Notes: generated by a model not told the origin, from the letters alone. A stretch of 64,000 nt of DNA from an uncultured Deinococcaceae bacterium (GCA_964252075.1 CAXULY010000012.1:32001-96000); one strand, 5' to 3'; positions 12,595 to 23,088 are shown, counted from the first letter of the stretch. Numbers and translations: made by a program.

Positions 12595-12639
12595 GTCACG
12601 CAGTATGCCGGGACAGCAGGCCGCGGACGGCGCAAATGA

Positions 12640-12665
12640 AGGGGCCCGCCGCGCGGCGGGCCCCT
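12640..12665. terminator. 26-bp perfect palindrome downstream of the P5C dehydrogenase gene
   Basis: AGGGGCCCGCCGC|GCGGCGGGCCCCT. Confidence 0.6.
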
Positions 12666-12681
12666 CCCCTGTTTTGTTCCC

Positions 12682-14253
12682 TTACCAGCGCTCGGTGACG
12701 GCCTTGAGCTGCAGGAAGTTCGCGAGGTAATCCGGGCCGCCCGCCTTGGAGTCCGTGCCGCTCATGTTGTACCCGCCGAACGGCTGCACACCCACGATGG
12801 CGCCCGTGATCTTGCGGTTGAAGTACAGGTTGCCCGCCTCGAATTCGCGGCGCGCCTGCTCCAGCCGCGCGCGGTTGCGGCTGCACACGCCGCCCGTCAG
12901 GCCGTACTCCGTGCTGTTCGCGATCTCCAGCGCGTGCTCCCAGTCACGGGCGCGCAGGACCGTCACGACCGGCCCGAAGATCTCCTCCTGCGCGATGCGC
13001 GCGTGCATGTCCACGTCCCCGATGATGGTGGGCTGGATGTAGTATCCCTGCCGTCCGTTCGCCTCGCCGGGCGCCTCACCGCCCGTCAGGAGCTTGCCTT
13101 CCTGCGGGGCAAGCTCCAGGTAGCCCTTGATCTTGCCGAAGCTCTCCTCGTTCACGACGGCGGTGACGTTGGCGTTCTCCTCGCCCGTCCCGACCTTCAG
13201 GGCCTGCGCGCGCTCCACGAAGCGGCTCACGATGTCGTCGTACACCGCGTCCACCACGATCAGGCGGCTCATGGCGCTGCACTTCTGCCCGTTGAAGCCG
13301 AACGCGCCCTGCACGGCGGCCGTCACGGCGACCTCCGGGTCGGCGGTCTCGTCCACGATCATGGCGTCCTTGCCGCCGAGCTCCAGGATGACCTTCTTGA
13401 TCCACTTCTGGCCGGGCTGCACCTTCGCGGCGACCTCGTTGATGTGCAGGCCCACCGCGCGCGAGCCCGTGAAGGTGATGAAGCGCGTCTTGGCGTGCCG
13501 CACGAGGTAATCGCCGACTTCCTCGCCGAGGCCCGGCAGGAACTGCAGGACGCCCGCGGGCAGGCCCGCCTCGACCAAGATGTCCACCATGAAGCCCGCG
13601 ATGAGGCCGCTGTCCTCGGCGGGCTTCGCGATCACGCAGTTGCCCGCCGCGATGGGCGCCGCGAGCATGCCCGTGAAGATCGCGCACGGGAAGTTCCAGG
13701 GGCTGATGCTGACGCCCACGCCGAGCGGCAGGTACATCAGGCCGTTCTCCTCGCCCGCGAACCACGTGGTGTCGGCGGCGCCGAACCCGTCGTACTTCAT
13801 GGCGCTGCGCGCGTAGTACTCCAGGAAGTCAATGCACTCCGCGACCTCCACGTCCGCCTCGGCGTAGTTCTTCCCGACCTCCAGCGTCATGAGGGCGCAC
13901 GCCTCCAGGCGGCGGCGCTTCAGGATCGCGGCGGCCTTCAGCAGGATGCGGGCGCGGGCGTCCGCACTCCAGGTCTTCCAGTCCGCGAAGGCCGCCCAGG
14001 CGGTCTGCAGGGCGCGCTCGGCGTGCTCGGTGGTGGCCTTCGCGGTGGTGCCCACCACCTCGCTGGTGTCGCAGGGGTTCACGCTGGTGAGCTTCTCGGG
14101 CGTGTCCACCCGCTCGCCGTTGATGATGAGCGGGTAGTGGTGGCCGAGCAGTTCGGCGCGCACCTTCTGCAGGGCGGCCTGGTAGGCCTGCGCGTTCTCG
14201 GGGCGGGTGAAGTCGGTGAAGTCCTGCGGGCGGTAGTCTTCAACTTTGATCAT
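12682..14253 (-). CDS. pruA: L-glutamate gamma-semialdehyde (P5C) dehydrogenase
   Basis: [49 protein letters not shown]. Confidence 0.95.
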   Translation of the reverse strand: MIKVEDYRPQDFTDFTRPENAQAYQAALQKVRAELLGHHYPLIINGERVDTPEKLTSVNPCDTSEVVGTTAKATTEHAERALQTAWAAFADWKTWSADARARILLKAAAILKRRRLEACALMTLEVGKNYAEADVEVAECIDFLEYYARSAMKYDGFGAADTTWFAGEENGLMYLPLGVGVSISPWNFPCAIFTGMLAAPIAAGNCVIAKPAEDSGLIAGFMVDILVEAGLPAGVLQFLPGLGEEVGDYLVRHAKTRFITFTGSRAVGLHINEVAAKVQPGQKWIKKVILELGGKDAMIVDETADPEVAVTAAVQGAFGFNGQKCSAMSRLIVVDAVYDDIVSRFVERAQALKVGTGEENANVTAVVNEESFGKIKGYLELAPQEGKLLTGGEAPGEANGRQGYYIQPTIIGDVDMHARIAQEEIFGPVVTVLRARDWEHALEIANSTEYGLTGGVCSRNRARLEQARREFEAGNLYFNRKITGAIVGVQPFGGYNMSGTDSKAGGPDYLANFLQLKAVTERW

Positions 14254-14262
14254 GGGGTCCTC

Positions 14263-14691
14263 TCAGGTGTGGTTCCAGCGGCATTCGGCGAACAGCAGGC
14301 CGAGGTGCGTTGAGTCGGTGATCAGCACGCCCGCGCCGTGCGGCGCGTCGGACCGCAGGCAGGCGTGCCGGGCGCCCGGTTGAAACAGCGCCAGGAAGGC
14401 GCGCGCGAGACAGCGGCGGGTGCGTTTCGGGCCGCCCAACGCGCCGTTCAGGGTGGCGCGCGCCTGCCGCGCGGTGGCGGGGCGAAGTTGAACCGGGAAG
14501 TCGAGGGTGCCGAGCAGCTGCCGGAGGGCCGCTTCCGGCCGCCCGTGGTGCGCGGGGGCGGCGCGCGTCAGGCTGCGCACGCCGCCCAGCGCGCCGAGCG
14601 CGCGGGCCACGGGCCAGAAGCCAGCGGGCTCAGGGGCGGTCGGCTCCGCCTCCACCCACAGCCCGCAGCGGCGCACCCAGGCCCCGTCCAT
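14263..14691 (-). CDS. Hypothetical protein inside the proline-catabolism operon
   Basis: ATG directly follows the PRODH stop; fills the gap to pruA; no recognisable motif. Confidence 0.45.
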   Translation of the reverse strand: MDGAWVRRCGLWVEAEPTAPEPAGFWPVARALGALGGVRSLTRAAPAHHGRPEAALRQLLGTLDFPVQLRPATARQARATLNGALGGPKRTRRCLARAFLALFQPGARHACLRSDAPHGAGVLITDSTHLGLLFAECRWNHT

Positions 14692-15624
14692 TCAGCCTTT
14701 CAGCATGCCGCGCAGCACGAACATGACGTTCGCGGGGCGCTCCGCGATGCGGCGGGAGAAGTACGCGTACCAGTCGCGGCCGTAGGGGATGTACGCGCGC
14801 ACGCGGTAGCCCTGCTCGGCCAGTTGCTTCTGAAGGTCGCGGCGGATGCCGTACAGCATCTGGAATTCGAAGGCGTCCTTGCTGATGCCGTGCGCGAGGA
14901 CGAAGTGCTGCACGTCCCCGATGATCTTCTCGTCGTGCGTGGCGACGTTCGTGTAGTTTCCGGCCTTCAGGTTGGCGTACACGAGGCGGCGGTACGCGGC
15001 GTCCACGTCGGGCTTGTCGGGGTACGCGACCGTCTCGGGTTCGAGGTAGGCGCCCTTCACGATGCGCAGGTTGGGCTTCAGGTCGTCGAGGCCCGCGCGG
15101 TCGGTTTCGCTGCGGTACAGGTAGCTCTGCAGGACGGTGCCGACCGTGTCGTGCCCGAACTCCCCGACGAGGGTGCGGAACTGCGCGAGCGTCACGTCCA
15201 CGCGGGTGTGGTCCTCCATGTCGAGGCACACGAAGCCGCCGAGCGCCTTGGCGCGCGTGAGGATGCGCCGGGCGTTCGTGAGGCCGAGGTCCTCGCCGTT
15301 CACGGTGAGGCCCTGCCCGACGCTGGAGAGCTTCACGCTGGCGTACACGGGGAGGCCCGCCGCGCCGCTGGCATCGAGGAGGTTCAGGACGTTCTGCGCG
15401 AACTCGTTGCACTTCTCGGGGGAGTCAATGAACTCGCCGAGCAGGTCGAGGTTGCTCAGGATGCCCTGCTCGCGCAGTTCCGCGACGGCGCTGAGGGCCG
15501 TCTGGATGTCCTCGCCCGCCACGAAGCGCTGCGCGACGCCCCAGGCGCGCGCGCGGACGAGCTGCTCGACGGGCTTCTGGGTGGCGACGCCCAGCACGGT
15601 GGAGCGGTAGATGCGGTCGAACAT
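14692..15624 (-). CDS. Monofunctional proline dehydrogenase
   Basis: RFVAGE, DLLGE, SVKLS, LDMED, RIVKGAY, ATHD, FQMLYG, YIPYG..RRIAER. Confidence 0.95.
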   Translation of the reverse strand: MFDRIYRSTVLGVATQKPVEQLVRARAWGVAQRFVAGEDIQTALSAVAELREQGILSNLDLLGEFIDSPEKCNEFAQNVLNLLDASGAAGLPVYASVKLSSVGQGLTVNGEDLGLTNARRILTRAKALGGFVCLDMEDHTRVDVTLAQFRTLVGEFGHDTVGTVLQSYLYRSETDRAGLDDLKPNLRIVKGAYLEPETVAYPDKPDVDAAYRRLVYANLKAGNYTNVATHDEKIIGDVQHFVLAHGISKDAFEFQMLYGIRRDLQKQLAEQGYRVRAYIPYGRDWYAYFSRRIAERPANVMFVLRGMLKG

Positions 15625-16304
15625 TAATGGCCTCCAGTGGCGCCGCGTGGGGCGCCGGTCTGCATGTCGAGCAGGTCGCGTTCCATGAGGGCGGCGAAGG
15701 TCAGGACGTGGTGGCGGGCGGCGGCGTGCGCGGCGCCCTCGTCGCGGGCGAGCACGGCGTCCAGGAGGGCGCGGTGCTGACGAGAGGTGTCGGGGTGCGC
15801 GTTGTACGTGCCGGTCTGGTGCTTGATGAGCGCGACGCGCTGTTCGAGGTCGCGGGCGAGGTCGAGCAGCGTGACGTTGTGTGCGGCCTGCGTGATGGCG
15901 CGGTGGAAGGTGAGGTCGAGGCGCGTCTGGAGGCGGTGGTCGCCGCTCGGGGCGCCTTCGAGGGTGTTCAGGGCGTCCTGCAGCGCGCGGGCGTCCGCCT
16001 GGTCGTGCTGGCGGGCGGCGAGTTCGGCGGCGAGCGCGTCGAGGGTGGCGCGCACGGTGTAGGTGTCGCGCGCCTCGCTGAGGCTGAGGCGGCGCACCCA
16101 CACGCCGCGGTTGGCGCTGGCTTCCAGCAGGCCGTCCTGCACGAGGCGCTGGATGGCCTCGCGGATGGGGGTGCGGCTGACGCCGAGCCGGGCGCTGAGG
16201 TCCGCTTCGGCGAGCTTGTCGCCCGGCTGGAGTTCGCCGGACAGGATGAGGTCGCGCAGGTGCGTGTACACCTCCTCGCGAATCAGCGTGGGTCGCTCGA
16301 ACAT
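15624..16304 (-). CDS. GntR/FadR family regulator (FCD domain)
   Basis: [32 protein letters not shown]. Confidence 0.93.
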   Translation of the reverse strand: MFERPTLIREEVYTHLRDLILSGELQPGDKLAEADLSARLGVSRTPIREAIQRLVQDGLLEASANRGVWVRRLSLSEARDTYTVRATLDALAAELAARQHDQADARALQDALNTLEGAPSGDHRLQTRLDLTFHRAITQAAHNVTLLDLARDLEQRVALIKHQTGTYNAHPDTSRQHRALLDAVLARDEGAAHAAARHHVLTFAALMERDLLDMQTGAPRGATGGH

Positions 16305-16306
16305 CC

Positions 16307-16323
16307 TTGGATATTGTATCCAA
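16307..16323. promoter_or_regulatory. Palindromic operator overlapping the -10 (TACAAT) of the gntR-put operon
   Basis: TTGGATA-TTG-TATCCAA. Confidence 0.65.
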
Positions 16324-16430
16324 TCTTTGTGAGACCGCAAGCGGTCGCACTGACCGTCACGGACACAGTCCGCGCTGCACCAGAGCGGCGGGGCGGCCCA
16401 CCGCGCCGCCCCGCCGCTCCCGTCGCGCGG

Positions 16431-16985
16431 TCAGTAATACAGGATGTCCCAGTGGTTCGCCCAGTACTCGTCGGCGTAGATGTTGCCCGCCGCGCTCTGG
16501 TAGCGCGGCGCCCCGTCGCTGCGGTTGCTGATGTGCGCGAACGACGACGTGACGTAGCTGTTGATGCAGCTGGTCTTGGCGATGTCGAGCTTGTAGCCGT
16601 TGTAGTGGCTGTACGTGCCGCTGGCGTGCCCCACCTCGGTGCCGCCCGTGATGGTGATGGCGCACCCGCTGGCGTTTTTCAGGGTGATGATGCCGTCGAT
16701 GGTGCCGCTGTTCACCTGCTCCAGGCTGGTGCAGGTGCTCACGCTGCGGGTGCTGCAGTTGCCGCTGCTGCGCACCGCGATGCCCGCCGCGGTCACGCGC
16801 GCGCGGGCGGTGGCGTCGCTGAGCTTCGTGCCGCTCTGCGCGCTCAGCGTGAAGCCGTCCGGGAGGGCGTCCTGGGCGTCCTGCACCACGGCGGGCGCGG
16901 GCTGTTCGGGCGCGGCGGGCTGGTTGAGCTGGCCGCAGGCGGCGAGGGCGAGGACGGCGGCAGGCAGGAGGATCAGTGGTCGCAT
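16431..16985 (-). CDS. Lipoprotein with Cys-rich, putative LAS/M15-like Zn-hydrolase domain
   Basis: Lipobox LAAC, AGGAG RBS; SHYNGYKLD..NHWD. Confidence 0.8.
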   Translation of the reverse strand: MRPLILLPAAVLALAACGQLNQPAAPEQPAPAVVQDAQDALPDGFTLSAQSGTKLSDATARARVTAAGIAVRSSGNCSTRSVSTCTSLEQVNSGTIDGIITLKNASGCAITITGGTEVGHASGTYSHYNGYKLDIAKTSCINSYVTSSFAHISNRSDGAPRYQSAAGNIYADEYWANHWDILYY

Positions 16986-17046
16986 GAGGGGGTGCTCCTT
17001 TCGCGTGCGCGGCCATCGTACCCACGTCCCGGGCGGGAACGCAAGC

Positions 17047-17074
17047 GGGGAGGGGACCGCGCGGTCCCCTCCCC
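17047..17074. terminator. 28-bp perfect palindrome after the alpha/beta hydrolase
   Basis: GGGGAGGGGACCGC|GCGGTCCCCTCCCC. Confidence 0.55.
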
Positions 17075-17089
17075 CACCCGCCCCGCCTC

Positions 17090-17923
17090 CTACTCTTTCA
17101 GGAACGCCAGGAGCGCCTCGTTCACCTCTTCGGCGTGGGTCCATCCGATGGCGTGCGGGCCGTCCTTGATGGTCACGAGGCGGCTGTTCGGGAGGAGCGC
17201 GGGCAGGCGCGCGCCCGTCGAGGCGAGCGGCAGGATGCGGTCCGCCTCGCCGTGCACGACCAGCGTGGGCACATCGAACTTCGGGAGGTCCCCGCGGAAG
17301 TCCGTGAGCCACGTGGGCACGCACGCGAGCGTCCCCACGGGCGAGGCGCCCGCCGCGACGTTGAAGCTCATCTGGAGGGCCTCGGGCGTGATGCGCTCCG
17401 GGCCGAGCGCGTCCACGTTGTAGAAGTCCTTCAGGAAGGCCGTGAGGTACGAGGGGCGGTCCTTGCGGATGGCCGCCATGATGCCGTCAAACACCGACTG
17501 CGGCACGCCCTCGGGGTTGTCCGGCGTCTGCAGCAGGTACGGCGGGATGGGGCCCAGCAGCACCGCCTTCGCGACGCGCGCCGAGCCGTAGGTGCCCAGG
17601 TACCGCGTGACCTCGCCCGTGCCCATGGAGAACCCCACCAGCACGGCGTCCTGCAGGTCCAGCTGGGTCATGAGGGCGTTCAGGTCGGCGGCGAAGGTGT
17701 CGTAGTCGTACCCGACGGTGGGCTGGCTGCTGCGCCCGAAGCCGCGGCGGTCGTAGGTGATGACGCGGTGCCCCGCGTCGAGGAGCACCGGGAGTTGCTT
17801 CTCCCACGACGCGCCGCTGAGCGGGAAGCCGTGAATCAGCACGACAGGCTGCCCCGCGCCGTGGTCCTCATAGTACAGCTCGATGTCCGCGGAGTTCTCG
17901 GTCCCGACCTTCACGTACGGCAT
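17090..17923 (-). CDS. Alpha/beta hydrolase, non-heme haloperoxidase (perhydrolase) family
   Basis: LYYEDHG, HGFP, YDRRGFG.S, GFSMG, HG..DRILP, GPH. Confidence 0.93.
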   Translation of the reverse strand: MPYVKVGTENSADIELYYEDHGAGQPVVLIHGFPLSGASWEKQLPVLLDAGHRVITYDRRGFGRSSQPTVGYDYDTFAADLNALMTQLDLQDAVLVGFSMGTGEVTRYLGTYGSARVAKAVLLGPIPPYLLQTPDNPEGVPQSVFDGIMAAIRKDRPSYLTAFLKDFYNVDALGPERITPEALQMSFNVAAGASPVGTLACVPTWLTDFRGDLPKFDVPTLVVHGEADRILPLASTGARLPALLPNSRLVTIKDGPHAIGWTHAEEVNEALLAFLKE

Positions 17924-17954
17924 GTGGTTCCTCCTGAGTGGGTCATGGCGGGGC

Positions 17955-17978
17955 GCGCCAGCCCACGTGGGCTGGCGC
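17955..17978. other. 24-bp perfect palindrome between osmC and the haloperoxidase
   Basis: GCGCCAGCCCAC|GTGGGCTGGCGC. Confidence 0.55.
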
Positions 17979-18026
17979 CGCCGGGTGACGCCGACCGCAT
18001 CTGACCGCGGTCGCGTCAGGTGAGGG

Positions 18027-18467
18027 TCACTGGTTCAGGGTCGCTTCGACGGAGATGCGCACGTTGCCGCGCAGCGCGCCAGAGACGGGGCAGCCCTGCT
18101 CGGCCTGCTCGGCGTAGGTCTGGAACTGCGCCTGGTCGATGCCGTCCACCTGCCCCTGCACCTGCAGCACGATGGAGCCGATCTTGAAGCCGCCGCCGGA
18201 GGCGTCCATCTCCAGGGTGGCGTGCGTGGCGAGGCTGCGCGGCGCATGCCCCGCCTGCCCCAGCACGTTGCTGAGCGCCATGGTGAAGCAACCCGCGTGC
18301 GCCGCCGCGATGAGTTCCTCGGGATTGGTGCCGGGCTCGTCCTCGAAGCGGGTGCGGAAGCTGTAGGCGGTGTTCGTGAGGACGCCGCTGGGGGTGCTCA
18401 TGCGGCCGCTGCCGCTGCGGAGGTCGCCCTCCCACTGCGCGTCGGCATTGCGTTTGATGTTCGCCAT
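18027..18467 (-). CDS. osmC: OsmC family peroxiredoxin
   Basis: W.GDL..GSG, SFRTRFE..GTNPEELIAAAHAGCF, CPVS; AGGAG RBS. Confidence 0.94.
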   Translation of the reverse strand: MANIKRNADAQWEGDLRSGSGRMSTPSGVLTNTAYSFRTRFEDEPGTNPEELIAAAHAGCFTMALSNVLGQAGHAPRSLATHATLEMDASGGGFKIGSIVLQVQGQVDGIDQAQFQTYAEQAEQGCPVSGALRGNVRISVEATLNQ

Positions 18468-18529
18468 GTCCCGTCTCCTCTCTGCGTGCGGCGCGGCAGG
18501 GTCGCCGGACCGCACCTGCCCCCAAAACT

Positions 18530-18545
18530 ACTTTGCGTACAAAGT
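18530..18545. promoter_or_regulatory. Palindromic operator between divergent osmC and ohrR-like genes
   Basis: ACTTTG-CGTA-CAAAGT in an AT-rich patch. Confidence 0.55.
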
Positions 18546-18613
18546 GATTGCAAGCGGTCCCGGCCCCGCCTGTGCGCTTCGTGAAGGGCGGCGGGCGTGC
18601 ATACTGGCAGCAC

Positions 18614-19093
18614 GTGCGCCGCGCCGCCCCCACTTCCACCGCGCCGTTGACCGCCAAGCAGCGGCTGGACGCCCACCTGTGCCTGGACCTGTACGTGGCG
18701 TCGCGCGCCATCATCGGGCTGTACCGGCCGCTGCTCGCCCCGCACGGCCTGACGTACCCGCAGTACCTCGTGCTGCTGGCGCTCTGGGAGCACGGGGCGC
18801 ACAGCGTGAAGGCGCTCGGCGCGCGGCTCTCGCTGGACGCCGGGACCCTCTCGCCGCTGCTGAAGCGCCTGGAGGCCGCCGGGTACCTCGTGCGGGAGCG
18901 GCAGGCGCGCGACGGGCGCGCCCTGCAGGTGGCCCTCACACCCGCCGGGGCGCAGTTGCAGGGCGCACTCGCGGGCGTGCCGCACGAGATCACCTGCGCG
19001 ACCGGGCTGGACGCGGCGCAGGTGCGGGCGCTGCAGGCCACCCTGCGGGACCTCACCGCGCGCCTCGCGGTGCGCGAGCCACCCACCCCCTAA
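18614..19093 (+). CDS. MarR family regulator, OhrR-like
   Basis: LC.DLY.ASR, LTYPQYLVL, LDAGTLSPLLKRLE, second Cys near the C-terminus; start uncertain. Confidence 0.88.
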   Translation: MRRAAPTSTAPLTAKQRLDAHLCLDLYVASRAIIGLYRPLLAPHGLTYPQYLVLLALWEHGAHSVKALGARLSLDAGTLSPLLKRLEAAGYLVRERQARDGRALQVALTPAGAQLQGALAGVPHEITCATGLDAAQVRALQATLRDLTARLAVREPPTP

Positions 19094-19126
19094 CGCCGGA
19101 TTAACCGCCCTGCACCAGCATGGCGC

Positions 19127-20269
19127 ATGCCCAGACTGTCCCCCCTGTTCTTCATTCCGGTGGCCGCCGCGATCGCGACGGTCCCCTTCGTCACCACGCC
19201 GCACCCGCAGGCCCAGGAGGCGCGCGGTCCCGCCGCGCAGGCCCAGCCGTCCCAGACGCAGCCGTGGACCGCACCGCAGGACACCCCGCGCTGGCGCGGC
19301 ACGCCGCAGGCCGCGCCACCCGCCGCGAGCCGCGCGCAGCCGGGCGCTGCGGGCGACCTGGAGGGGGTGTACCAGCGGGCGCTGGCGTCCGCCGTGCGCA
19401 TCAACGTGGGGAATTCCGGCATCGGGAGCGGCTTTTTCATCTCACCGGACGGCGCGCTCCTGACGGCAGCGCACGTGGTGCTGGGCGCGCCCGGCGAGCC
19501 CCTCACCGTGACCCTCAGTGACGGGCGCGAGCTGAGCGCGCACACCATCGGGTACGACGAGCAGCGGGACCTCGCGGTGCTGCAGGTGCAGGGCTCGGGC
19601 TTCCAGGCGCTGCCGCTCGCCGCGCAGGCGGCAGGCGTGGGGGACGCGACGGTCGCCATCGGGAACTCGCGCGGCGCTTTCGACGGCGGGCGCGCGGGGC
19701 GCGTGACGGGCCTGAACGCCAGCCTGGACGCCACCTTCCCGAACGGCCTCACGGCGTCCAGCATGCCGCTCGCGCCGGGCGATTCGGGCGGCCCGGTGCT
19801 GAACGCGCGCGGCGAGGTGGTGGGCGTGAGTGATGCGATCAGCGAGGTGAACGGGCAGTTCAGCAGTTACTTCGTGCCCGTCACGCGGTCGAGCGCCATC
19901 GTGGGGCAGTTGCAGGCGGGCCTGAAGCGCGGCGTGCCGGTGCTGGGCGTGAGCATCGCGGACGCGCGCGGCGCCCTGAACGAGCCGGGCGCGCTCATCA
20001 CGGGCGTGCAGTCCGGCCTGGGCGCGGCCCGCGCGGGCCTGCGCGCCGCGACCCTGCGCGAGTACCGCGACGAGAACGGCGAACTGAGCCAGCAGGTGAC
20101 GGACGCGGACGTGATTGTGGCGGTGGATGGCCGCGCGGTGCGGGCGCCGGAGGACCTCGTGGCGTACCTGCGCGCGAAGGCGGCGGGCGACACCGTGACG
20201 CTCAGCGTGCGGCGCGGCGCGCAGACCCTCTCGGTGCCCGTGCGGCTCTCCGCGAAGCAGGTGGCCTGA
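19127..20269 (+). CDS. S1C (HtrA-like) serine protease with PDZ domain
   Basis: GSGF, TAAH, DLAVL, GDSGGP, C-terminal PDZ; N-terminal hydrophobic anchor. Confidence 0.9.
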   Translation: MPRLSPLFFIPVAAAIATVPFVTTPHPQAQEARGPAAQAQPSQTQPWTAPQDTPRWRGTPQAAPPAASRAQPGAAGDLEGVYQRALASAVRINVGNSGIGSGFFISPDGALLTAAHVVLGAPGEPLTVTLSDGRELSAHTIGYDEQRDLAVLQVQGSGFQALPLAAQAAGVGDATVAIGNSRGAFDGGRAGRVTGLNASLDATFPNGLTASSMPLAPGDSGGPVLNARGEVVGVSDAISEVNGQFSSYFVPVTRSSAIVGQLQAGLKRGVPVLGVSIADARGALNEPGALITGVQSGLGAARAGLRAATLREYRDENGELSQQVTDADVIVAVDGRAVRAPEDLVAYLRAKAAGDTVTLSVRRGAQTLSVPVRLSAKQVA

Positions 20270-20270
20270 C

Positions 20271-20462
20271 ATGACGGGCGCGGAGCGCGCGTCCGGCCCG
20301 CGCTTCGACAAGTCTGGGGCGGTCCTGGTGCTGCTGGGCGTGTGCGCGGTGGTGGCGGCGCAGACGGCCCTGAAGGCCGTGGAGGCACAACCGCGCGGCG
20401 CGGGCCCCTGGGCGCACGCTGAGCAGACGCCGCAGTTCGACCGGCCCGGTGAGCGCCCATGA
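20271..20462 (+). CDS. Small single-TM hypothetical protein
   Basis: Fills the gap between protease stop and next ATG (ATGA overlap); one hydrophobic segment. Confidence 0.4.
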   Translation: MTGAERASGPRFDKSGAVLVLLGVCAVVAAQTALKAVEAQPRGAGPWAHAEQTPQFDRPGERP

Positions 20463-21091
20463 CGGGCGGAGGGACGGCCCTGCGGCGCCTGCGGCCCAGC
20501 CGTGAGCACCTCGCGGACCTGCTGGGCGGCGCGCTGGTGGGGCTGGTGCTGCTGGCGTGGGTGGCGGCGTGGCGAGGGGCGCTGGGCGGGGCGTGGCCGC
20601 GCGTGCTGCTGGGGCAGAGCGGGCAGTTCGCGTACGTGCTGCTGGGCGCCGCCGCGGCGCTGGGGCCGCTGATCGGGACGCGCTTCCTGCCGCGCTGGCT
20701 GAACGCCGCCGTGAAGTCCGGCTGGCACGGCCTGCTGTCCGGCTTCGCGCTGACCTTGAGCGTCATTCATGGGCTGTTCGCGCTGGTGGGCGGGCGGGCC
20801 GTGCCGCTCGCGGGCGCGCTCGTGCCGGGCCTCGCGCCGCGCGAGACGCTGGCGGTGGGGGTGGGCACGGCGGCGCTGTGGCTGCTGGCCCTGGTGTACG
20901 TCACGTGGGCGCTGCGGCGCGCGCTGGGCCTGCGCGCCGCGCGCGCCCTGCACCTGCTGGCGTACCCGGCGTTCGTGCTGGCGACCCTGCACGGCCTGTG
21001 GCTCGGGCACGGCGGCGCGCAGTACGGCCTGCTGAGCGTCGCGGTGGGCCTCGCACTCGCCGCGCGGCTCGTGACGCTCGCCCGCCGCTAA
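20459..21091 (+). CDS. Ferric reductase-like transmembrane (heme b) protein
   Basis: About 6 TM segments with spaced His (WH..IH; LH.LAY..TLH). Confidence 0.7.
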   Translation: MTGGGTALRRLRPSREHLADLLGGALVGLVLLAWVAAWRGALGGAWPRVLLGQSGQFAYVLLGAAAALGPLIGTRFLPRWLNAAVKSGWHGLLSGFALTLSVIHGLFALVGGRAVPLAGALVPGLAPRETLAVGVGTAALWLLALVYVTWALRRALGLRAARALHLLAYPAFVLATLHGLWLGHGGAQYGLLSVAVGLALAARLVTLARR

Positions 21092-21100
21092 CATACGGTC

Positions 21101-21763
21101 ATGCGCCTGCTGCTGGTCGAGGACGACCCCCGCATTGCCGAGCCGGTCGCGGAGACGCTGCGCGAGGCGGGGTACACCGTCACGCTCCGCACGGACGGCG
21201 AGTCCGGCCTGCAGGAGGCGCTGGCGGGCGCGTACCCGCTGATCGTGCTGGACGTGATGCTGCCCGGCCTGGACGGCTTCAGCGTCGCGCGGCGCCTGCG
21301 CGAGGCGGGCGAGGAGGGCGCCGTGCTGTTCCTCACGGCGCGCGGGGAACTCGCGGACCGCGTGGAGGGCCTGGATCTGGGCGGCGACGCGTACCTCGTG
21401 AAGCCCTTCGCGCCGCCCGAACTGCTCGCGACCCTGCGCGCCCTGTCGCGGCGCGGCGAGCGCGCGCGGGAGGCGCGCCTCGCGTTCGGCGGGGGTCGGG
21501 GGGTGCTGGACACCGCGAGCCGCACCGTGCACTGGGACGGCGCGGAGGTGGCCGTCACGGGCCGCGAGTACGCGCTGCTGGAGACCCTGGCGCTGGCGCG
21601 CGGGCGTTGGTTCGCGCGCGAGGAGCTGCTGGACCGCGTGTGGGGCCTGGATCACGCGGGCGAGGCGCGCATCGTGGACGTGTACGTGCGCTACCTGCGC
21701 CGCAAGACCGCGCCGGAGGCCGTCGCGAGCGAGCGGGGGCGCGGGTACCGGGTGGAGCCGTGA
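21101..21763 (+). CDS. OmpR family response regulator
   Basis: [30 protein letters not shown]. Confidence 0.95.
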   Translation: MRLLLVEDDPRIAEPVAETLREAGYTVTLRTDGESGLQEALAGAYPLIVLDVMLPGLDGFSVARRLREAGEEGAVLFLTARGELADRVEGLDLGGDAYLVKPFAPPELLATLRALSRRGERAREARLAFGGGRGVLDTASRTVHWDGAEVAVTGREYALLETLALARGRWFAREELLDRVWGLDHAGEARIVDVYVRYLRRKTAPEAVASERGRGYRVEP

Positions 21764-23088
21764 GGGGCGCGCGCCTGCCGCCCGTGACCCTGCGCACGCG
21801 ACTGGCGCTCACGACGGCGCTGGCGTGCGCGCTGGCGGTGCTGCTGGTGGCGCTCGGGCTGTACTTCGCGGTGCAGCAGCTGCTGGAGAAGGCGCAGATC
21901 GGGCGGCTCGCGAGCGACGCGACGGTGCTCGCGGCGCGCGTGGAGCACGGCCTGAAGTACGGGCGCCTGGACCTCGACGACGTGCGCGGCGACAAGGTGG
22001 GGCCGGACGTGCTGCTGCGCGTGTCGGTGGATGGCGTGGTGGTGGCGGCCTCCCGGCAATTCCCGGAGGCGGTGCCGGTGCAGCTCGCGGGCGGCGCGTA
22101 CCGCCTGGGGGGGCGGTACGTGGTGGCGCGCCCGCTCGGGCCGGGCGGGCGGGTGTGCCTCACGCTGGTGAGCAGCAGCGACGTCGCGGATGACGCGCAG
22201 CGCGCCTTCGTGCGGGCGCTGGTGTTCCTGCTGCCGTTCGCGGTGCTGCTGGTGGCGCTGGTGGGGTGGCTGGTGGCGGGGCGGCTGCTGCGCCCGGTGG
22301 GGGCGCTGGAGCGCGCGGCGCGCGACATTGGGGAGAGCGGGGACCTCACGCGGCGCGTGCCGGGCGCCGCCGGGCGCGATGAGCTGTCGCGCCTCGCGGC
22401 GACCCTGCAGGGCGTGTTCCGGCAGCTGGCGCGCACGCGGGCGCGCGAACAGGAGTTCGTGCGGGCCGCGGCACACGACCTGCGCAGCCCGCTCGCGGCG
22501 CTGCAGGCGCGCGTGGCGCTGGCCCTGTCGCGCGAGCGCGACCCGGAGCGCTACCGCCGGGACCTCGCGGAGGTCGGCACGGACCTGGGGCGCCTCTCGC
22601 GCCTCGCGGAGCACCTGCTGCTGCTCGCGCGCAACCCGGACACCCTGAGCCTCGCGGCGCTGGACCTGCGGGCGCTCGCGGCGGAGGCCGTGGACCGCGC
22701 GCGCAGCGTCGAGCCGGACGCCTGGGTAGACCTGGAGGGCGTGCAGGTGAACGTGCGCGGCGACGCGGTGCTGCTCGGGCAGGCCGTGACGAACCTGCTG
22801 CAGAACGCCGCGCGGCACGCGGCGGGCGCGCCCGTGCAGGTGACGGTCGGGCGGGACGGACCGCAGGCGTACCTGCGCGTGCAGGACGCCGGGCCGGGCG
22901 TGGCGCCCGGCACGCTCGTGCGGCTGGGTGAGGCCTTCTACCGCCCAGACGCCGCGCGCGGCGGGCAGGGCTCCGGGCTGGGCCTCGCGATTGTGCGGCA
23001 CGTCGCGGACCTGCACGGGGGGCAGCTGGCGCTGGAGAGCGCGCCGGGCGCGGGCTTCACCGCGACCCTGAGCCTCCCGGCGGTGTGA
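21760..23088 (+). CDS. HAMP-domain sensor histidine kinase
   Basis: 2 [27 protein letters not shown]. Confidence 0.93.
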   Translation: MRGARLPPVTLRTRLALTTALACALAVLLVALGLYFAVQQLLEKAQIGRLASDATVLAARVEHGLKYGRLDLDDVRGDKVGPDVLLRVSVDGVVVAASRQFPEAVPVQLAGGAYRLGGRYVVARPLGPGGRVCLTLVSSSDVADDAQRAFVRALVFLLPFAVLLVALVGWLVAGRLLRPVGALERAARDIGESGDLTRRVPGAAGRDELSRLAATLQGVFRQLARTRAREQEFVRAAAHDLRSPLAALQARVALALSRERDPERYRRDLAEVGTDLGRLSRLAEHLLLLARNPDTLSLAALDLRALAAEAVDRARSVEPDAWVDLEGVQVNVRGDAVLLGQAVTNLLQNAARHAAGAPVQVTVGRDGPQAYLRVQDAGPGVAPGTLVRLGEAFYRPDAARGGQGSGLGLAIVRHVADLHGGQLALESAPGAGFTATLSLPAV

